Source: a virus
Virus record (IMG/VR): IMGVR_UViG_3300027969_003010
Span: 6,856-70,855 of that record
DNA: 64,000 nt
Strand: one strand, 5' to 3'
Below the pieces are notes generated by a model that saw nothing but the letters and a program-made list of their open reading frames with translations, did no database searches and was not told the DNA's origin. Shown here piece by piece: positions 1-9,857 of this stretch. Position numbers and translations under genes: made by a program. The first letter of the stretch is position 1; each line of letters begins with the position of its first letter.

Positions 1-696
1 TGGTTGCCTAGCGTACAACGTTTAGAGATTGTAGGCGGCGAACCATTTTACATTAATCGTTGGAAGTTGCTGTGGGAAGAACTAATTGCAAAGGGACTTA
101 GTAAAAAAGTCAATATGGATATTAGTTCTAACGGAACAATCTATGCCGGTGAAGTCGTTGAGAAATTAGTTAATAATTTTAGAAGTATTGGGCTAGGTTT
201 GAGTATAGATGGCATGGGTCCGTTATACGAATATTTGAGACATCCAGGCAAGTGGGACGAGGTAGAAACTAATATAAAACAGTACCACGAACTACGCAAA
301 CAACTGGACACTAAAAGTTTTAGAGTAAGTATTAGCCACACGATAGGCTGGCTTAATGCATGGGAGCTTCCTGAGTTCCATACTTATATTAAAACACAAG
401 CGCCGCTATTTGTAATATGGAACAATATTATACATTACCCGCAACATATGGCCATTTATATGATTCCTGCAAGTTTAAAACAACGTATAGAAGCTAAGTG
501 GAGAGCATATGATTGGGGCACATATACCAACGACATAGAAGGTATCATAACTTATATGAATAGTCAACAACCTACTGATGTAGAAATACGCAAAGCATAC
601 GAAACATTTAAAACACACGATGCAGTACGTAATGAAAACTTGTTAGACGTTATACCGGCAGAAATTATAGACGAGATTAAACCCTACTATGAATAA
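1..696 (+). CDS. Radical SAM protein, C-terminal part (5' end outside window)
   Basis: GGEPF, SSNGT, LSIDG and YEYLRHPGKW motifs typical of radical SAM barrels. The frame is open from base 1; the CxxxCxxC motif is not in the window. Confidence 0.75.
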   Translation, partial: WLPSVQRLEIVGGEPFYINRWKLLWEELIAKGLSKKVNMDISSNGTIYAGEVVEKLVNNFRSIGLGLSIDGMGPLYEYLRHPGKWDEVETNIKQYHELRKQLDTKSFRVSISHTIGWLNAWELPEFHTYIKTQAPLFVIWNNIIHYPQHMAIYMIPASLKQRIEAKWRAYDWGTYTNDIEGIITYMNSQQPTDVEIRKAYETFKTHDAVRNENLLDVIPAEIIDEIKPYYE

Positions 697-1219
697 GATT
701 TGGATATTTGGTGATAGCTTTGCTTCAAGCAAACATAGTTACGCTTGGACGTCACTATTAGCTGACCGCGGTACAGTTATCAACCAAGCATCTAATGGCA
801 GTAGTGAATACAGAATTTGGAAGAAGTATCACGCAAATAAACAATTAATTACAGATAATGATATTGTAATTTTTTGTCATACTTCTCCAAGCAGAATATT
901 TTTAAAAGATAATTCATCACTTCTGAGTCGCATGTTACCTAGCCATCCGTTGTGCGATTTAATTGTTAATGATATATTTGCCAAACAAGAAAATCGTTTT
1001 ATTAAGATCCTTAAGGAAATTTGGGACGATGAATACTTCCAAGATACGTTTGATATGCTAGTATCCAATTTAAAATCAGTTCCAAACAGTATACATTTAA
1101 ATTTTTTTGAAGCAGGTGTATGCAATACTGCATGGAAAGATTTTCCTGGCGAGATAAACCATTTAAATATAACTGGCAATCAATTAGTATTTCAACATAT
1201 AGTTAAACAATTACCATGA
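689..1219 (+). CDS. SGNH/GDSL-like hydrolase or acyltransferase
   Basis: N-terminal IFGDSF, ASNGSS, C-terminal NHLNxxGN (DxxH-like block); overlaps the upstream gene. Confidence 0.6.
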   Translation: MNKIWIFGDSFASSKHSYAWTSLLADRGTVINQASNGSSEYRIWKKYHANKQLITDNDIVIFCHTSPSRIFLKDNSSLLSRMLPSHPLCDLIVNDIFAKQENRFIKILKEIWDDEYFQDTFDMLVSNLKSVPNSIHLNFFEAGVCNTAWKDFPGEINHLNITGNQLVFQHIVKQLP

Positions 1220-1935
1220 GAATAGTTGCATTTGGAAGCAGTCATACTACAGGATATAACTTAGATGACTTTAAAAATTTAACAGCTAATGCGGTAAGCA
1301 AGTACGCTTTCCCCCAAGTCGTTGCGGATATGTTTAAATGCGAGTGTTTAAATTTAGGCAAAAACGGTAACGGAATAGATCAGATATACACAGATGTATT
1401 TGGGTATCTAGGTCAGCATCAACCTACAGACTTTGTTATAATACAATTACCATCTAATCCCACATGGTTTAAATTGATAACATCCGATGACGATTCAATT
1501 AGTATCATCAATCCAGATAGTTTAGACTTTAAAAATCGTAAATTTCAAAATGCCTTACAACAATATTACGGACTGCTAACTGGTAATAACCACTGGCACC
1601 GATTGTGGTATATAAATTTTTATAGTCTAATTAATTTATTACATTCAAGAAACATTAAATTTGTATGGTTCTTTGATTCATTTTGCGATCCGTGGGGTAG
1701 AATAGATTTGATGATTTCCAGACTTCCTAAAGATGTGCAACACGAAGTACACAATCTAAAAAATGCAAGTCCAGATCCTGCTACTACTCACATTGACAAA
1801 TTATTTGCTGAGCATTTGTCTAAAAATATACCAAATAGTTTAAAACCTTGCGGACATTATGATCAAACTGGACATCGTTTCTGGGCTGAAAATGTTTTAA
1901 TACCATACATACAAGAGAGATTAACACATGACTAA
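1216..1935 (+). CDS. SGNH/GDSL-like hydrolase or acyltransferase
   Basis: AFGSSHTTG, NLGKNGNG, CGHYDQTGH; ATGA overlap. Confidence 0.55.
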   Translation: MRIVAFGSSHTTGYNLDDFKNLTANAVSKYAFPQVVADMFKCECLNLGKNGNGIDQIYTDVFGYLGQHQPTDFVIIQLPSNPTWFKLITSDDDSISIINPDSLDFKNRKFQNALQQYYGLLTGNNHWHRLWYINFYSLINLLHSRNIKFVWFFDSFCDPWGRIDLMISRLPKDVQHEVHNLKNASPDPATTHIDKLFAEHLSKNIPNSLKPCGHYDQTGHRFWAENVLIPYIQERLTHD

Positions 1936-3166
1936 AGTAGCAATGATTGGCTTAGGTAAATTAGGTTTGCCGTGTGCTGAAGTTATGGCTAAGTTTTATG
2001 ACGTTTCAGGCTACGATATAAATCTAGTTGACCCAACTATGACTGTAGCTATTAAACCTTCGATTGAGGCCGCAGTGGCTGATAGAGATTTTATCTTTGT
2101 AGCAGTACCAACACCGCACGATCCAATGTACGGAGGTAGTAAACCTATTGCAGGATTGCCAAGTAAAGATTTTGATTACAGTATTGTGCAGGAAGTATTA
2201 ACTGAAATTAATAAACATGTTACACACGAACAGTTAGTAGTATTAATCAGTACAGTATTGCCAGGTACAGTTCGCGCACATTTGCGTCCATGTATTACAA
2301 ATGCACGATTCATTTACAATCCATACTTGATTGCCATGGGTAGCGTTAAATGGGACATGGTTAATCCAGAGTGTTTAATTGTTGGTACAGAAGATGGCAA
2401 TTGGACTGACGATGCTATGGCTATTGTTAACTTCTACAAACCTATGATGGAAAGAGATGACACAAGAGTTAACATTGGTACATGGGATGAAGCAGAAGCT
2501 ATTAAAGTATTTTACAACACGTTTATCTCTGCTAAGATTGGTCTAGTAAATATGATTCAAGACGTTGCAGAAAAGAACGGCAACATAAATGTAGATGTAG
2601 TAACAGATGCTCTTAAAGCCGCAACACAGCGCATTACAGGCCCACGTTACTTAACGGCAGGCATGGGCGATGCTGGTGCTTGCCATCCTCGAGATAACAT
2701 TGCCTTGCGATTCCTTGCAGAACGTTTAGATTTAGGCTACGATTTGTTTGAAGCTATCATGCACAGTAGAGACCAGCAAGCAAAGAATATGGCTCTTAAA
2801 CTTGTTAAACTTGCTAAGGAGCATAACTTACCAGTCGTTATACACGGTCGTGCATACAAGCCGTATGTTGAGTATACAGTTGGTAGTTATAGCGAGCTAG
2901 TTGGACACTTTGTAGAAGAAGCAGGCATTAGTATACAATATGCAGATCCTTTAACCGGAGATAAAGTCAAAGATGGAACGGTAGCTGTTATCTTAGTAGC
3001 TCACGATCCGGCAATAACTTATGCTGGAACAGGCGTAGAAATAAAAGATGATGCGTTCTATTTTGAATTTGGAGCAGGTAGTGTTGTATTAGACCCATGG
3101 CGAACTATAAATGATGTAGCTGGATGTACCGTTGTGCATTACGGTAATACAAGGATTAAATTATGA
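1928..3166 (+). CDS. UDP-glucose/GDP-mannose dehydrogenase family protein
   Basis: GLGKLG Rossmann motif, VAVPTP, STVLPGT, AEAIKVFYNTF, variant catalytic loop GMGDAGACHPRD. Confidence 0.9.
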   Translation: MTKVAMIGLGKLGLPCAEVMAKFYDVSGYDINLVDPTMTVAIKPSIEAAVADRDFIFVAVPTPHDPMYGGSKPIAGLPSKDFDYSIVQEVLTEINKHVTHEQLVVLISTVLPGTVRAHLRPCITNARFIYNPYLIAMGSVKWDMVNPECLIVGTEDGNWTDDAMAIVNFYKPMMERDDTRVNIGTWDEAEAIKVFYNTFISAKIGLVNMIQDVAEKNGNINVDVVTDALKAATQRITGPRYLTAGMGDAGACHPRDNIALRFLAERLDLGYDLFEAIMHSRDQQAKNMALKLVKLAKEHNLPVVIHGRAYKPYVEYTVGSYSELVGHFVEEAGISIQYADPLTGDKVKDGTVAVILVAHDPAITYAGTGVEIKDDAFYFEFGAGSVVLDPWRTINDVAGCTVVHYGNTRIKL

Positions 3167-3666
3167 AATGGTATACTGGCCGTATAGACCCATTCTGGGG
3201 AACTAAACATAGAGATCTAGAATATCGCCGTGGTAGATATAATAATCTTAAAGATTTAGAAACATGGGAACAGCTAGGTCTTAAACTCAATGCGGCAGGC
3301 GGCGATGTATATGATATGAAAAATATTATGCCTGAATGGGCTAATCCGTTTTTTACACTATTCAAAGGTATAAATGTTGGTATAAGTTTTTTTAGAATGA
3401 ATACAGGCGATATACTTCCTACACATCAGGATACATACGAAGTATATCGTAAAGTTAACAACATTATTGACCCGTCAACAATTAACAGAGCCATAATATT
3501 TTTAGAAGATTGGCGACCCGGGCATATTTTTGAAATAGCAGGAAGTCCAATAACTAGTTGGAAGGCTGGAGATTATGTTGTGTGGAATTATGATGTTGCA
3601 CACATGGCGGCAAATTTGGGAATACAACCAAGATACACCATGCAAATAACTTTTACAAATGTTTGA
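3163..3666 (+). CDS. Putative 2OG-Fe(II) oxygenase (cupin fold)
   Basis: HQD...H iron-ligand triad (LPTHQD, HMAAN) followed by RYTMQIT. Confidence 0.65.
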   Translation: MKWYTGRIDPFWGTKHRDLEYRRGRYNNLKDLETWEQLGLKLNAAGGDVYDMKNIMPEWANPFFTLFKGINVGISFFRMNTGDILPTHQDTYEVYRKVNNIIDPSTINRAIIFLEDWRPGHIFEIAGSPITSWKAGDYVVWNYDVAHMAANLGIQPRYTMQITFTNV

Positions 3667-4249
3667 TACAGTAACAAAATTTGAAAGCGCAATAGCAGAG
3701 TTCTACGGAGCTCCGTATGCTGTTGCCACTGACTGTTGTACCCATGCTATTGAGCTATGCTTACGACTGACTAAACCATCCAATGTTGCCTGTCCAAAGA
3801 ATACGTACCTAAGTGTTCCTATGACGTTTGCAAAATTAGGAATAGATTGGCAATTCATAGATCTACAATGGCAAAATTATTATTATCTTACTAATACAAA
3901 TATTATCGATGCCGCTGTATACTGGCAAGCTGGTGGATTTCAAAAAGGATACTTTAACTGTCTAAGTTTTCAATTTAAAAAACATTTAAATTTAGGTCGA
4001 GGCGGAATGATACTAACTGACGACAAAGAAGCCGCAATACAATTAAAAAAGATGAGCTACGACGGACGTACTCCTAGCATGCCGTGGATGGATCAAGATG
4101 TTGACACGCTGGGTTATCATTATTATATGACTCCCGAAACAGCCCAACTTGGGTTAGATAAATTAGAGCAAGCTAAAAATACACAGTCACGTAACTGGAC
4201 TTATCAGGATTATCCAGACATTTCAACTATGAAGGTGTTCAATGTTTAG
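3659..4249 (+). CDS. DegT/DnrJ/EryC1/StrS PLP-dependent aminotransferase (short, 196 aa)
   Basis: AVATDCCTHAIEL, IIDAA, SFQFKKHLNLGRGGMI (PLP-lysine region), GYHYYM. Confidence 0.85.
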   Translation: MFDTVTKFESAIAEFYGAPYAVATDCCTHAIELCLRLTKPSNVACPKNTYLSVPMTFAKLGIDWQFIDLQWQNYYYLTNTNIIDAAVYWQAGGFQKGYFNCLSFQFKKHLNLGRGGMILTDDKEAAIQLKKMSYDGRTPSMPWMDQDVDTLGYHYYMTPETAQLGLDKLEQAKNTQSRNWTYQDYPDISTMKVFNV

Positions 4250-5210
4250 TAAGAATGAATGGGATCCACTTAAAAAAGTAATAGTAGGTGTTGCAGACTA
4301 TGCAACAATACCTCCATTAGATATTAGTTTACGTACTGTTAATTACGCAGATGTTAAAGACACAACTGTAATCAAATCAGGGCAATATCCAAAGCAGGTT
4401 ATTGACGAAGCTAATGAAGACTTAGAAACACTTGCTAATTTTTTAAAAGGTTGTGGGGTAGAAGTTTTACGTCCTACGCCTGGGCCTGTGGAATACTACA
4501 ACTATTGTCCTAGAGATACAACAATTGTTTATAAAGATAACGCTATTGTTGCGCCCATGACTATTAAGGCTAGACGCAACGAATATCAGCATTATGCACA
4601 GCATTTAACGAACATTCATACAGTACCAAACTACCAAGGCGATGACATTTATAATTTAGAATGTTTAGGAAATAAGGATACATTAGCATTACATAATACA
4701 CATCCTAAATTTGATGCGGCAAATGTAATAAGGGCCAACGATGATCTATTGTATCTTGTTTCAAATACCGGTAACAAGTTAGGCGCACAATATTTGCAAG
4801 AGCTGTTGAATGTCAAAGTACACACGTTAGAAAATGTATACAGTTATATACATATTGACAGTACTATTGCATTTTTACGTGAAGGATTAATGTTATTAAA
4901 TTCAAGTAGGATCAAAGACGTAAACGTATTGCCAGAGCCGTTTAGAAGTTGGGACTATATCATGTGCCCAGAACCTATTGATATTGGACATTACCCAGGG
5001 TACTGTAATGCTAGCACCTGGATAAATGTAAATTTACTAAGTGTAAATCCAAACTTAGTTATATTAGAAGAACATCAGCATAATTTAAGAATAGAATTAG
5101 AAAAGAAAAATATAGATTGTGCAATGCTACCCATGCGACATGCTCGTACATTGGGCGGATGTTTTCATTGTGTAACATTGGATCTGGTTAGAGATCATGC
5201 AAATCATTAA
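4242..5210 (+). CDS. Amidinotransferase (glycine / inosamine-phosphate amidinotransferase family)
   Basis: NEWDPLKKVIVG, YCPRD, FDAAN, HIDST, C-terminal GGCFHCVTLD with the catalytic Cys. Confidence 0.9.
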   Translation: MFSKNEWDPLKKVIVGVADYATIPPLDISLRTVNYADVKDTTVIKSGQYPKQVIDEANEDLETLANFLKGCGVEVLRPTPGPVEYYNYCPRDTTIVYKDNAIVAPMTIKARRNEYQHYAQHLTNIHTVPNYQGDDIYNLECLGNKDTLALHNTHPKFDAANVIRANDDLLYLVSNTGNKLGAQYLQELLNVKVHTLENVYSYIHIDSTIAFLREGLMLLNSSRIKDVNVLPEPFRSWDYIMCPEPIDIGHYPGYCNASTWINVNLLSVNPNLVILEEHQHNLRIELEKKNIDCAMLPMRHARTLGGCFHCVTLDLVRDHANH

Positions 5211-6459
5211 TAAACTAAAAAATTTATTGCCTGGTCGTGTCCCGGCAAATGATTTTCAACGAGAATTATTATGGGGCAATCTTCCATTTATAGAAGATAA
5301 TCATGCATACTTAAAATATGTAATGAAAAAATGTTTTTTTGCAAAATTCAAATATCCTTATATATTGTATACCTTTCATAGTAGGATTCTAGAGTTAGAA
5401 GAATTTACATTAGATCAAAGGCAATTAGATGCATTAAAAAATCAAACACTATACATTTTTTTGTACGAACCTATTTCATTTTTTGTAGATAAATTTAATA
5501 GAGGATTCTATAGCGAATTTACTAGTGATATAGATCTTAACATGTTAAAGTCATATGAGTTAGATAGTGTAGAAATTTTTGCAAAGAAATATAATTTAAA
5601 CATAGTCGTCTGCACTTGCGAATACGAAATAGAATTGCTACAACCTCAATATAAACATTTTAAACTGGTGTGTTTTGATTCTTTTATAAGACGTGGACAA
5701 CGACAGCGTCCTAATCCAATACAACACTTGTTTCCAAATTTATCTAAAATTAACAAAAAGTTTTGGTCAGGTAATTGGCGCTATACATTGCACAGACATA
5801 TCATAATGTCGTATCTTACTAATTTCGAAGGTAATTACAGTTGGCATTTTAATGCTAACCCTGATAATATAGAACATAACGAATGGTTCAATGTTAAAAT
5901 AATTCCCCAACATCTTTACGAAAAATTAAAAATTGGATCAAACAAATTACTAACTACTAATTATTCCATTGATCACGGAACCTTACAAGTTGAAGCTAAC
6001 GAATTGAATCGAGCATACAAACCTGGAGACCATCCTCACACAGGTAATGACAACAAACTTTGGGAATCATACGATCAATCGTTCTGTGCTATTGTAACAG
6101 AAACTCGATTTGCCCAACCGTTTGCTAACTTTAGCGAAAAAACACTTTTAGCAATTCGAGCCCAGATTCCATTTATTGTTGTTGCTCCGCCTAAAACTTT
6201 AGAGTACATTAAACAGTTTGGATTTAAAACGTTTGACAAATGGTGGGATGAAAGTTACGATCAGGAGCAGGATCACGCAAAAAGAATGATTAAGATTTTG
6301 AATTTGATTGAGCATATTAGTTCAAAACCCTTAGAGGAACTAATCAAAATTCGAAAAGAAATGAAGTATGTACTCAAACATAACTATAAAATCAACCAAA
6401 AAATACAATACAATACGACATATAAGTTGACAAACGGGTCCGATAGTGTTATACTATAG
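5197..6459 (+). CDS. Hypothetical protein, possible glycosyltransferase-like C-terminal domain
   Basis: IVTETRF...FSEKTLLAI...PFIVV...GFKTFDKWWDESYD resembles GT-B-like nucleotide-sugar-binding ends; lies in the sugar cluster; very AT-rich. Confidence 0.45.
   Translation: MQIINKLKNLLPGRVPANDFQRELLWGNLPFIEDNHAYLKYVMKKCFFAKFKYPYILYTFHSRILELEEFTLDQRQLDALKNQTLYIFLYEPISFFVDKFNRGFYSEFTSDIDLNMLKSYELDSVEIFAKKYNLNIVVCTCEYEIELLQPQYKHFKLVCFDSFIRRGQRQRPNPIQHLFPNLSKINKKFWSGNWRYTLHRHIIMSYLTNFEGNYSWHFNANPDNIEHNEWFNVKIIPQHLYEKLKIGSNKLLTTNYSIDHGTLQVEANELNRAYKPGDHPHTGNDNKLWESYDQSFCAIVTETRFAQPFANFSEKTLLAIRAQIPFIVVAPPKTLEYIKQFGFKTFDKWWDESYDQEQDHAKRMIKILNLIEHISSKPLEELIKIRKEMKYVLKHNYKINQKIQYNTTYKLTNGSDSVIL
6427..6455 (+). 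promoter_or_regulatory. Sigma70-type promoter
   Basis: TTGACA-17bp-TATACT upstream of the ORF at 6486, which has an AGGAG RBS. Confidence 0.75.
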
Positions 6460-6485
6460 GCTAAGTTAAACAAACAGGAGCAGAA

Positions 6486-7691
6486 ATGGCTACTAAAGCA
6501 CCAGTAAAAAAGTCACGCATTACTAAAAAACAAGTAACCGCACATCGTACTCGTGCCGTTAAAGATCATAGCCCAGTTTGGGAAGGTTGCGAAACTTGGG
6601 ACGCAGACACATTCCATCGTCATTTTAAACGCTCAATGGATTTCTACCGGTTGGAAAGCGACATTAAAAGTTACAAACCTGCTGTTGCTAAATGGATGGA
6701 AACTGTTGGCTGTGCCAAGGCAGACATTACAGCATTTAAGAAAGTTAAAGATTCGCGTGTTGGTACCACAATGGGTGCTGTTGCCTGTTGTTTGAATCGC
6801 GGAATGACTCCGCTACGTGCTGATTTTAATCAAGGACGTGATACTGCGGCTTGGTTGCGAGCAGAGATTGTCAAAGTAATTGCGGCTGGTAAAGACGACA
6901 TTGATGAAGTTGAAGCCAAAGCACTTGAGGCCGCAAAACCAGCAGTGTATACTCCTTCAATCCAAGAGCGTGTTCGCGATGCGGCATACCGTATGACTGA
7001 AGAAATTGAAAATGCTATCGAAAGTTTCCAAGCTGATGCTGAAAACTTTGATCCAAAAGCATTTAAAATGTTGAATATGCTTAAAGCAGTTGAAGCGAAA
7101 GCCGCTCATGCTCGTATTATTAAAGAATTCTACAGTAAAGATTTAGCCGAGTTGGAAGAGCTTGCTAGCGGTAACGCAGATGAGCAATTGAAAGAAGGTT
7201 ACAGCCATCGTAGCCGTAAACAAATTAAGAACTTAATTGCGTTCTATCAAGAAATTATGGCGGCTTGTACTATGTTAGCACAAGAAGCTAAAGTTAATCG
7301 TGCGCCACGTGCTAAGAAAACAGTACCAGCAGAGAAGTTGGTTGCTAAACTCAAGTATAAAAAGACTGATGAGCCACTGAAACTTGTATCTATTAACCCA
7401 GCTGACATCATTGGCACTAGCGAACTGTGGATCTTTAACACTAAGACACGTAAGTTGGGCAAGTATGTTGCCGCAGAGTTTAACGTATTGGGTGTAAAAG
7501 GCACTACAATTACAGGATTTAATGAGCATACTAGTGTACAAAAGACTATTCGTAAGCCTGAAGAAAAGCTCAAAGAGTTCAAAGCCGCAGGTAAGGTACA
7601 GTTGCGTAAGTTCTTAGACGACATTAATGCTACAGACACTAAAATGAACGGTCGCATTAACGAAGATACTATACTACTTAAAGTAGCATAA
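6486..7691 (+). CDS. Hypothetical protein (401 aa, basic)
   Basis: Long ORF with its own promoter, RBS and terminator. Confidence 0.8.
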   Translation: MATKAPVKKSRITKKQVTAHRTRAVKDHSPVWEGCETWDADTFHRHFKRSMDFYRLESDIKSYKPAVAKWMETVGCAKADITAFKKVKDSRVGTTMGAVACCLNRGMTPLRADFNQGRDTAAWLRAEIVKVIAAGKDDIDEVEAKALEAAKPAVYTPSIQERVRDAAYRMTEEIENAIESFQADAENFDPKAFKMLNMLKAVEAKAAHARIIKEFYSKDLAELEELASGNADEQLKEGYSHRSRKQIKNLIAFYQEIMAACTMLAQEAKVNRAPRAKKTVPAEKLVAKLKYKKTDEPLKLVSINPADIIGTSELWIFNTKTRKLGKYVAAEFNVLGVKGTTITGFNEHTSVQKTIRKPEEKLKEFKAAGKVQLRKFLDDINATDTKMNGRINEDTILLKVA

Positions 7692-7695
7692 TTAG

Positions 7696-7723
7696 AAGCC
7701 CAGTTAATCCTGGGCTTTCTTTT
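7696..7723 (+). terminator. Rho-independent terminator
   Basis: AAGCCCAG-ttaatc-CTGGGCTT followed by a T-rich tract. Confidence 0.75.
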
Positions 7724-7747
7724 GGCTTTTATGTTTGTGTCTTTTAG

Positions 7748-7755
7748 TATAAATA
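7748..7755 (+). promoter_or_regulatory. T4-like late promoter
   Basis: Exact TATAAATA 18 nt before a structural gene. Confidence 0.65.
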
Positions 7756-7773
7756 TACAAAAGGACTGCATAC

Positions 7774-9264
7774 ATGAGCCAACTATTCACGATATTAGAC
7801 GATAAAATTGTTATTAACAAGGCCCTACTACGTCATGTAGAAGGCCCTACTTCCCTTACTGGATCGCTAGAAATTATAGGCGGCGCTAGCATACAAGATA
7901 ACTTGGTTGTAAAAGGCAAAATTTATGCTGATTCAATCGAAGTTAATCAAATTATTAATAAAGGCGCAACCGGCGACGGCGCGGCTTTTAAAGCAGACGA
8001 CGAAGCAAGTTTGAATGGCCAGGGTGTTACATGGAATGTAGGCGAAGAACAAAGCACACTCGTGTATCGTCCCGGGAACAGATTATATACTAACCTACAT
8101 TTAGATTTAGAGCGCGATCGTGCTTACAAAATTGATAACATTGAAGTACTAACTGGCAACACATTAGGTAGCAGTATTAGCCGTTCAAGTTTGCGTCAAT
8201 TAGGCCCATTAAACAATTTGATTGTTAATGGCAATGTTGAAATTGGACAGTTTGTTTACATCGATAGCGACACAGGTCGCGTTGGATTTGGCACAGAAAG
8301 TCCTAACGGTTCATTTAGTATTGTTGATAACGGTGCAGAATTTGTTATAGGAAGTCCAAATAGCGGAACCGTAAACGTAGGTACTTACAGCAACCACGAT
8401 GTAGCAATTACTACAGATAATATTCCCCGTATTACAATTAAAACTGGTGGAGATATACACGTTGGAAATGTTACTAGTCGAGGTGCTAAGTTAGTTGTAC
8501 ACGGTACAATCCAAGCAGAGAATATTGTTACTGAAACAAAAATTGAAAGAACAGATAGCGTTAAATTCTTAGCAACAGACGGATCAGTATACGGCATTGG
8601 TCTACAATGGACAGGCTCAGGCAACATTAAACAATTGATTTTACGTCCAGATCCAAATAGAATATGGTCGAGCGAGCACATTGAACTTGCCCGTGGCCGT
8701 AGTTTGATGATTAACAACAATCCTATTATAGATGAAACTACTATAGGATCAACAGTAACCCAATCAAGTTTAACATCACTTGGTGATCTAGGAACACTAA
8801 CAGTATTAGGCAATACATTATTATCAGGTTCTACATCTGCACAGTCTATAAATGCTAAAGAAATTAACTTTGGTGAAGGCAGTCAATTGGTGAAGGTTAA
8901 CGATAGAGGTATTACCACTAGCTTGGGCTTTAACCTAACAGTTGGCGAACAGAACATCATTTATGCCGATAGCGGAAGCATCACAATTGGTTCTTCTGAA
9001 AATACTCGTAGACAAATTCGAGCATTTGGAACATTGAGCGTCAACGTAAACAATCCAGATCCAGAATTACAGTTTGCAGTAGCTGGTAACATTGGCTTTG
9101 GTGGACGAAAATTCATTACAGGTACGAGTGCGCCTGAACAAGGCAATTACAATGTTGGCGACATTTGCTGGAGCAATATTCCACAAATTGGTGGCAACGT
9201 TGGATGGATCTGCTGTAACGCAGGATCTCCAGGCATGTGGTTCAAATTCGGAATGATAAGTTAA
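7774..9264 (+). CDS. Virion structural / tail-fibre-like protein
   Basis: Gly-rich beta-strand character, internal duplicated segment (SSLRQLGPLNNLIVNGN / SSLTSLGDLGTLTVLGN), C-terminal GDICW...GWIC...PGMW motif; follows a late promoter. Confidence 0.6.
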   Translation: MSQLFTILDDKIVINKALLRHVEGPTSLTGSLEIIGGASIQDNLVVKGKIYADSIEVNQIINKGATGDGAAFKADDEASLNGQGVTWNVGEEQSTLVYRPGNRLYTNLHLDLERDRAYKIDNIEVLTGNTLGSSISRSSLRQLGPLNNLIVNGNVEIGQFVYIDSDTGRVGFGTESPNGSFSIVDNGAEFVIGSPNSGTVNVGTYSNHDVAITTDNIPRITIKTGGDIHVGNVTSRGAKLVVHGTIQAENIVTETKIERTDSVKFLATDGSVYGIGLQWTGSGNIKQLILRPDPNRIWSSEHIELARGRSLMINNNPIIDETTIGSTVTQSSLTSLGDLGTLTVLGNTLLSGSTSAQSINAKEINFGEGSQLVKVNDRGITTSLGFNLTVGEQNIIYADSGSITIGSSENTRRQIRAFGTLSVNVNNPDPELQFAVAGNIGFGGRKFITGTSAPEQGNYNVGDICWSNIPQIGGNVGWICCNAGSPGMWFKFGMIS

Positions 9265-9273
9265 CCAATACCA

Positions 9274-9301
9274 TTGACCTTTACGTATAAAAGCGTATAA
9301 T
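9274..9301 (+). promoter_or_regulatory. Sigma70-type promoter of queD
   Basis: TTGACC-16bp-TATAAT; predicted transcription start about 9308. Confidence 0.65.
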
Positions 9302-9308
9302 TACTATA

Positions 9309-9351
9309 TGCGGACTAAGACGCTCATCCCGCAATATAAACTCTGCGTGTC
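9309..9351 (+). ncRNA. Candidate preQ1-I-like riboswitch / H-type pseudoknot in the queD 5' UTR
   Basis: Stem TGCGG/CCGCA, 15-nt loop ending CTCATC, A-rich linker AATATAAAC, loop ACGC complementary to downstream GCGT; sits between the promoter and the RBS of queD. Confidence 0.5.
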
Positions 9352-9374
9352 ATTGCTTATTCAAGGAGAATACA

Positions 9375-9857
9375 ATGGCAAAATTTTACTCAACAAAAAC
9401 TTACGGTAACGACAGAGGCTTATCCTGCTGTTTTAGACAATGGCGTAGCACACACAGCCATTGCTCATTACTGCACGGATATTCAATTGGTATCAAACTC
9501 ATATTTGAATGTGATACACTGGACGACAAAAACTGGTGTATGGACTTTGGTGGACTTAAAGGATTTAAAGAGTGGGCAGATCATATGTTTGATCATACTT
9601 TGGTAGTTGCCCAAGATGATCCTCAACTAGAAATGTTCAAGCAAATGGCTAGTTTAGGTTTGCAGGATCAAAGCGGAGTGTGTGATTTACGCATTGTACC
9701 TGCTGTAGGCTGTGAAATGTTTGCCAAACTTGCTTTTGACAAAATGGCTGAACTATTGTCTGCGGGAAATATGACCTATCCAATCAATCCAACAGTTAGG
9801 ATCAAATCAGTTGAAGTATTTGAACACGGAGCCAACTCGGCCATCTACGAAAGCTAA
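9375..9857 (+). CDS. queD: 6-carboxy-5,6,7,8-tetrahydropterin synthase / 6-pyruvoyl-tetrahydropterin synthase
   Basis: HCSLLHGY, MDFGGLK, FDHT, GCE, VEVFEHGANSA; AAGGAG RBS. Confidence 0.88.
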   Translation: MAKFYSTKTYGNDRGLSCCFRQWRSTHSHCSLLHGYSIGIKLIFECDTLDDKNWCMDFGGLKGFKEWADHMFDHTLVVAQDDPQLEMFKQMASLGLQDQSGVCDLRIVPAVGCEMFAKLAFDKMAELLSAGNMTYPINPTVRIKSVEVFEHGANSAIYES

